Source: Bdellovibrionia bacterium
GTDB lineage: Bacteria; Bdellovibrionota; UBA1018
Reading direction: 5' to 3'
NCBI GenBank assembly: GCA_045805065.1
Contig: JBJMMA010000002.1
Span: forward strand, 1-10,897
DNA: 10,897 bases
Below the pieces are notes generated by a model. It saw only the letters and a program-made list of their open reading frames with translations. It was not told the DNA's origin and made no database searches. A program made the position numbers and the translations under genes. Of the stretch, positions 6,243 to 10,897 are shown piece after piece (the stretch's first letter is position 1; every line of letters starts with the position of its first letter).

Positions 6243-6656
6243 ATGACAAAATCAAAAACCTTGGATATTGGTGAAGTTGCAAAGCAATCTAGACTGCCCG
6301 TGTCGACTTTGCGCTTTTATGAGGAAAGAGGACTCATTCGATCTACAGGGAGATCTGGCTTGCGAAGGCTCTTTGATTCGAGCGTGCTCGAGCAGTTGGC
6401 ACTGATCGCTTTAGGACGAACTGCTGGTTTTTCTCTTAAGGAAATTGCCTCGATGTTTGCACCAAAAGGCCGGATTCAGATTAACCGCAAGCAGCTTTTG
6501 ACCAAAGCCGAGGAGCTTGATCGAAGTATCAAACGACTGACTGCGGCTCGAGATGGCCTTCGCCATGTCGCTCATTGCCCCTCTCCAAGCCAGCTGGAAT
6601 GCCCAAAGTTTCAGCGCTTACTGCGTGTCGCAGGTAGAACTGAAGCTTTCTATTAG
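6243..6656 (+). CDS. MerR-family transcriptional regulator (SoxR-like HTH, C-terminal C-x7-C; resembles the uncharacterised MerR-like subgroup 6)
   Basis: Start moved to ATG 6243 (TTG 6261 is an alternative). 137 aa with HTH LDIGEVAKQSRLPVSTLRFYEERGLI, AGFSLKEI, a coiled coil, and HCPSPSQLECPKF. Confidence 0.92.
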   Translation: MTKSKTLDIGEVAKQSRLPVSTLRFYEERGLIRSTGRSGLRRLFDSSVLEQLALIALGRTAGFSLKEIASMFAPKGRIQINRKQLLTKAEELDRSIKRLTAARDGLRHVAHCPSPSQLECPKFQRLLRVAGRTEAFY

Positions 6657-6709
6657 GAGATCAGGCGCGACTTACGATAAAACGTACGTACGGACTAAGG
6701 AGAATCGAG

Positions 6710-7498
6710 ATGGATCACTTTGCCAAATCGTCTGACGGTTTTAAGATTCATTACGACGTAACCGGAAACGCGGCGACTACGCTTCTTTTTGTTCATGGCT
6801 GGCTTGGAAATATCAGCTGGTGGGATGCCCAGCGTGACGCTTTCTCTGATCGCTTCAAGGTGGTCCGAATGGATCTGCCAAGCCATGGGAAGTCTGAGAA
6901 GGGTCGCACGCAGTGGTCGTCCCGCCAATATGCTCAAGACATCAAAGCGGTCGCTGATCAACTCGGTTCTCAGAAACTTGTCCTGATCGGTCATTCCATG
7001 TCGGGCGCTTATGTGACCGAGGCGTCTTTGATCATCCCAGAGACTCAAGCGATCATTCTGATCGATACCTTGAAAGACCTGGATCAGCACACGACTCACG
7101 AGCAAGCCGATGCTTTTCTCTTCCAGCGTTGTCGAGCAGATTTTAAATCGACCGTAGAGACCGTCATGTCCCAGTTTCTTTTTTCACCGTCAACTCCCCT
7201 TTCGGTTCGTCAAAGGATTCAGACTGAGTTTCTCAGTTACGACGCTGGTCTGGCGATCAAGATTCTTGAGCCATTGTATAAAATGGATGTCCGTAGCATC
7301 GCAAAACAAGTGTCGATTCCAGTCCGAGCCATTCAGTCTGATTACACGCCGACCAACCGCGATAGTAATCGAAAGTATTTTCGTGACTTCAATGAGACGG
7401 TGATTTCGGAAGCCGGCCACTACCCGATGCTTGAGCGGCCGGAGGCATTGAATCAGAAACTTGCGGAAACGCTCCAGGAGCTTGCCCTTTATGACTGA
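6710..7498 (+). CDS. Alpha/beta-fold hydrolase
   Basis: 262 aa with LLFVHGW oxyanion motif, DLPSHGKS, nucleophile elbow GHSMSG, candidate acid in QSDY, and catalytic His in AGHYPMLE. Strong TAAGGAG RBS. Confidence 0.92.
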   Translation: MDHFAKSSDGFKIHYDVTGNAATTLLFVHGWLGNISWWDAQRDAFSDRFKVVRMDLPSHGKSEKGRTQWSSRQYAQDIKAVADQLGSQKLVLIGHSMSGAYVTEASLIIPETQAIILIDTLKDLDQHTTHEQADAFLFQRCRADFKSTVETVMSQFLFSPSTPLSVRQRIQTEFLSYDAGLAIKILEPLYKMDVRSIAKQVSIPVRAIQSDYTPTNRDSNRKYFRDFNETVISEAGHYPMLERPEALNQKLAETLQELALYD

Positions 7499-7913
7499 AT
7501 ATTTGATGACGTATCGAAAGCTGGTCATGCCCGGCGATGAAAATCACGCCCGCTCCCTCTTTGGGGGCTCGCTCCTGAAATGGTCCGATGAGGCGACCGC
7601 AGTCTATGCCATGTGCCAGATGGGCACGCAGTCGGTTGTAACGTTGAAGATCTCAGAGATCCTTTTTCGTCACCCTGCCCGCAGCGGAGATATCCTTGAA
7701 TTCTGGGCACGCACCAAGCGCGTGGGCACGACATCTCTCACGGTCGAGTGCGCAGTCATCCGAAAGTCCATCGACATTCCTGGTGTTCGCTCACCCAAGC
7801 CTGATGTGATTCATCCTGAAGACAAGAATCTGATTTTGAACTGTGAGTTCGTGTTTGTGGCTGTTGATCAGAACGGCAAGCCGACTCCGCATGCTTTATC
7901 CAAGAAAAAGTAG
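7491..7913 (+). CDS. Hotdog-fold acyl-CoA thioesterase (YciA-like)
   Basis: Start at ATG 7491 (AGGAG at 7476-7480; 8-bp overlap with the upstream gene). Motifs: VMPGDENHARSLFGGSLLKWSDE, VVT, FRHPARSGD, VGTTSLTV and FVFVAVDQNGKP. Confidence 0.88.
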   Translation: MTEYLMTYRKLVMPGDENHARSLFGGSLLKWSDEATAVYAMCQMGTQSVVTLKISEILFRHPARSGDILEFWARTKRVGTTSLTVECAVIRKSIDIPGVRSPKPDVIHPEDKNLILNCEFVFVAVDQNGKPTPHALSKKK

Positions 7914-7919
7914 AGATCC

Positions 7920-8765
7920 ATGATCCAATCCAAACCTCGAACGCTTGTCGTTGGAAGTACGGGATTTCTTGGAGCAACACTGGTATCTCAACTTGAGTCG
8001 GCAACTGGAATAGATCGAAGCCTTGTTGATCTGAGTCACCCTATCTCTCCTGCCGCGCTCGACGCGATGAGAGCGGGCGATTATCGCTTCGTCATCATTT
8101 GTGCTGGCATCACCGATGTTGAAAAATGCTTCAGAGACCGTGAACTCTCGGATCGCGTGAACATCTCAGGAACCATCGGACTACTCAATGCAATTCGTCA
8201 GATCGGCGCCACTCCGATTTTCTTTTCATCGGACTATGTATTTGCTCCAAGGCCGGGGCCTCACCCAGAGGATGCTCCGCGTGCACCAGAGACACAGTAC
8301 GGAAAACAGAAGCTTGCGGTGGAAAAGTATTTAGAAGAAAACTTTGACCGCTATCTGATCTTTCGCACAAGCAAGCTGTTATCCAAGTCCGCGCACCCTA
8401 AGAATATTTTATGGCAGGTGCTTTCTGATTTGCAGGAATCGAAACCGATTCGAGCATTTGAAGACCAATGGCTGAATCCAGTATTTATCGAAGACATTGC
8501 AAGCGTTGTAGATGCTGCATGCAAACAAGAGCTGAACGGCGCATACCATTTGGGTACTCGCCGGATTTTTACGCGCGCTGAGCTGGCGATGTTGATAGCG
8601 AAAGCATCAGGCCATGATCTTGCACTGGTTCGACCCGCTCGAATGGCAGAAATGCGATTTCCAGAAACTCGTCCCCATCACAACACATTAGATTGCAGTA
8701 AGATCGAGAATGCACTCGGGGTTCGCTTCACGGAAGTAGAAGAAGAAATTAAGGATAAAAAATGA
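7920..8765 (+). CDS. RmlD-like NAD(P)-dependent sugar-nucleotide reductase (dTDP-4-dehydrorhamnose reductase family, extended SDR)
   Basis: 281 aa with [32 protein letters not shown] (YxxxK), [16 protein letters not shown] and RP....LDCSK. Confidence 0.85.
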   Translation: MIQSKPRTLVVGSTGFLGATLVSQLESATGIDRSLVDLSHPISPAALDAMRAGDYRFVIICAGITDVEKCFRDRELSDRVNISGTIGLLNAIRQIGATPIFFSSDYVFAPRPGPHPEDAPRAPETQYGKQKLAVEKYLEENFDRYLIFRTSKLLSKSAHPKNILWQVLSDLQESKPIRAFEDQWLNPVFIEDIASVVDAACKQELNGAYHLGTRRIFTRAELAMLIAKASGHDLALVRPARMAEMRFPETRPHHNTLDCSKIENALGVRFTEVEEEIKDKK

Positions 8766-9476
8766 CGATTACTTTGATCACCGGCGGCAACAAAGGCCTG
8801 GGTTATGAAACTGCGAGACGTCTGATTGCATTAGGCCATCGTGTCTACATCGGGGCGCGAAATGCTGATCGGGGCGCGAAATGCTGATCGCGGCAAAAAA
8901 GCTGCTGACGAGCTCGGCGCAAAGTTTGTGCAACTCGACGTCACTCAAGACTCATCCGTGAAAGCCGCGGCCGACCAAATTAACCAATGGGAAGGTCACT
9001 TGGATGTTTTGATTAACAACGCAGGCATTGCAGGTGGATTCATAGCACCTCAAGAAGTGACCGCGGAAACGATGCTTCAGACTTTTGATACAAACGTCTT
9101 CGGCATTGTTCGAGTCACCCATGCCTTTTTGCCGTTGCTTCGTAAATCAGCCGCACCCGTGATTGTTAACGTGAGCAGTGGACTTGGATCATTTGGAACT
9201 GTTTTCAACCCGGAAAAAATTGAATCCAAGGTGAACAACCTTCACTACAATTCATCAAAGTCCGCAGTAAACATGCTCACCGTCCAATACGCGAAAGGAC
9301 TGCCTGAGATCCGCGTCAACTGCGTGGATCCAGGCTACACCGCCACTGATCTCAATAACCAAAGCGGTCCACAGACGGTTACCGAAGGAACTGACGCTAT
9401 CGTGGAGATGGCGACGATTGGGAAGAATGGCCCAACAGGCACTTACAAGAGCCGTCACGGCGTGATGCCTTGGTGA
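8762..9476 (+). pseudogene. Classical SDR oxidoreductase (carbonyl-reductase-like) frameshifted by a 19-bp duplication
   Basis: ATG 8762 (ATGA overlap with the upstream stop) gives [37 protein letters not shown], then TGA at 8885-8887. The remainder (DVT, NNAG, NVSS, YNSSK, PGYTATDL) is in another frame. Removing one 19-bp copy restores a 231-aa ORF. Confidence 0.85.
8849..8890. repeat. Exact 19-bp tandem duplication with ATCG microhomology
   Basis: ATCGGGGCGCGAAATGCTG at 8849-8867 and again at 8868-8886, followed by ATCG at 8887-8890. Confidence 0.97.
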
Positions 9477-9487
9477 AAAATGAGGTT

Positions 9488-10897
9488 TCACTTACCTTTT
9501 GAAACAATCGACGAAATGGCTCGTGCCGCTATAGGATGGTAGCCTTCGCGATTTTTTTCAAAGACCGCGACTGCCCTCTTGGGCTCTTGTTCAACAAAAG
9601 CACGGTAGAGCGGTTTCAAATATTTCATCCTTCCCACCTGCGCCAGCACTTGCTCCGCTCGATCCAGAGCGGGGGCGTAGCCAGCGGGGATCGCCTTCTC
9701 AAGCCAGCTCACGAGAACCTCATAGTTGCCCGAATTGGAAAGCTGAAACTGCGAATCAATCTCGCGGCACCGATCTAGGGTCAGTTGCGATAGATGGGCA
9801 AGCCAGAACTGCCATTCTGCGGCCGTCCAACTCTTTGCTTGCGCAGCCGTCGGAAGTTTATCACCCAGAGCGGTAATTGCGTTAAGTCGTTGGGAGCGAG
9901 GAAGAATTGCGCTTTCGGGAATACCGGTTCCGCTGAGGTACTGTTCGGCGTGAATTTTTTCGAGGACGCCAGGAGCTTCGCGTCGGGTGAATTCAACAAA
10001 TTCCTCGGTCGTAATCGACTTAAAGCGAAAGTGCGCCAGATACTTTTTTAAGAAGCGATCGAAAGTTTCGCGACCCAGCGCCATTTCCATCGCCAGGAAA
10101 AGGAGATAGCCTTTTTCATACGGAACAACGGAGTACGCGTCATCTGGATCCACACCGTCTAAGTGCGTGCGAAGACAAGTGAGCTGCGGACGGTCCTTGA
10201 AATGCGCAATAGCCTCTTCAAGAGATTTCAGTCCATTGGCGGCACCGATGGCAGCAATATCTTTACCATGAAGCGCCTCGATGATGCGTCTTTCGGCATA
10301 AACCGTCAGGCCTTCGTTCAGCCAGAAGTGCTCGGCTGTGGCGTTCGTGATCAGGTTTCCGGCCCAGCTATGAGCAAGCTCATGAGCCAGTACGTCCACA
10401 AGCGAACGATCTCCGGCAAGAAGCGTCGGAGTCAGGAAGGTCAATCGCGGGTTTTCCATTCCTCCATAGGGAAACGATGGAGGAAGCACGAGAAAATCAA
10501 ACCGCTCCCAGTCGTAAGGGCCAAAGAGCTCTTCAGCGGCAGTGAGCATCTGGTCGACTTCGGCAAACTCGTACGCCGATCGATCAATCCACGTGGGCTC
10601 GGACCAGACGCGAGAGCGGGGCGCGAGATCACGCGAAACCAACTCCCCTACCGCAAGCGCGATCAGATAAGGAGGAATCGGCTGAGGCATCTCATAACGC
10701 TCCACCGCAGAGCGTCCCCCTTCTTCTCGAGAAATAAATCCAGCCGCCATCAGAGCCCTGAGTTCTTTGGGCACCGTAAGCTCCGCCTTATAGCGGATGC
10801 GATTTCTTGGAGTGTCTTGAATCGGAACCAAAGAACGCGCGTGAACGGCTTGGCACTGACTAAAAAGAAACGGGTGCTTTCCGCCAGCCGTTTGCGC
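9488..10897 (-). CDS. M1-family zinc aminopeptidase, leukotriene-A4-hydrolase-like; 5' end lies outside the window
   Basis: The frame is open to the edge (AQTAGGKHPFLFSQCQAVHARSLVPIQDTP, an LTA4H-like segment). Motifs: PYLIALAVG, FPYGGMEN, HELAHSW...WLNEG (HEXXH-x18-E), VPYEKG, and GRMKYLKPLY in the C-terminal domain. Confidence 0.95.
   Translation of the reverse strand, partial: AQTAGGKHPFLFSQCQAVHARSLVPIQDTPRNRIRYKAELTVPKELRALMAAGFISREEGGRSAVERYEMPQPIPPYLIALAVGELVSRDLAPRSRVWSEPTWIDRSAYEFAEVDQMLTAAEELFGPYDWERFDFLVLPPSFPYGGMENPRLTFLTPTLLAGDRSLVDVLAHELAHSWAGNLITNATAEHFWLNEGLTVYAERRIIEALHGKDIAAIGAANGLKSLEEAIAHFKDRPQLTCLRTHLDGVDPDDAYSVVPYEKGYLLFLAMEMALGRETFDRFLKKYLAHFRFKSITTEEFVEFTRREAPGVLEKIHAEQYLSGTGIPESAILPRSQRLNAITALGDKLPTAAQAKSWTAAEWQFWLAHLSQLTLDRCREIDSQFQLSNSGNYEVLVSWLEKAIPAGYAPALDRAEQVLAQVGRMKYLKPLYRAFVEQEPKRAVAVFEKNREGYHPIAARAISSIVSKGK

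Noticed and set aside
6243..6656. Calling the regulator soxR or cueR
   Set aside because: It lacks the SoxR four-Cys cluster motif. Its operator and HTH are SoxR-like rather than CueR-like, and no copA/copZ is nearby.
6683..6692. CGTACGTACG palindrome between merR and the hydrolase
   Set aside because: It is short and low-complexity, with no loop or U-tract, so chance is plausible.
8841..9476. 211-aa SDR starting at GTG 8841, or a programmed ribosomal frameshift
   Set aside because: The start is an artefact of the duplication. No slippery heptamer or stimulatory structure is evident, and the exact duplication explains the frame break.
9473..9491. GTGAAA/TTTCAC hairpin between the convergent SDR and aminopeptidase stops as a bidirectional terminator
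   Set aside because: The 6-bp AT-rich stem is partly explained by the two TGA stops and is too weak to call.
1..10897. Mobile element, prophage, defence system, CRISPR array or structural RNA genes
   Set aside because: No integrase, transposase, nuclease, reverse transcriptase, repeat-spacer array, tRNA cloverleaf or rRNA-like sequence was recognised.

Overview
Gene-dense bacterial chromosomal window of roughly mid-range GC, with 13 protein-coding loci and no rRNA, tRNA, CRISPR array or transposase that I can see. In order: a secreted DUF1565/right-handed beta-helix protein (minus strand, runs off the left edge, missed by the ORF track); a LysR regulator divergent from a secreted HAD-like DUF2608 protein and a GNAT acetyltransferase; a DEAD-box helicase (RhlE type); a secreted plastocyanin-like cupredoxin fused to a 20-Cys, five-repeat domain; a thiopurine/Se-Te S-methyltransferase divergent from a MerR-family regulator; a tightly packed run of alpha/beta hydrolase, hotdog thioesterase, RmlD-like reductase and SDR; and an LTA4H-like M1 aminopeptidase running off the right edge. 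The most notable signals are: (i) a perfect SoxR-box palindrome beside a MerR regulator that lacks the SoxR [2Fe-2S] motif and has a CueR-like C-x7-C instead, positioned to drive tpm; (ii) the cupredoxin plus Cys-rich (partly hevein-like) fusion immediately downstream of tpm; (iii) a strand-specific 19-bp RNA hairpin before rhlE; and (iv) an exact 19-bp tandem duplication that frameshifts the SDR. A Bdellovibrionota/Oligoflexia-like origin is only my impression and is not demonstrated. All family calls come from motif recognition, not database searches.
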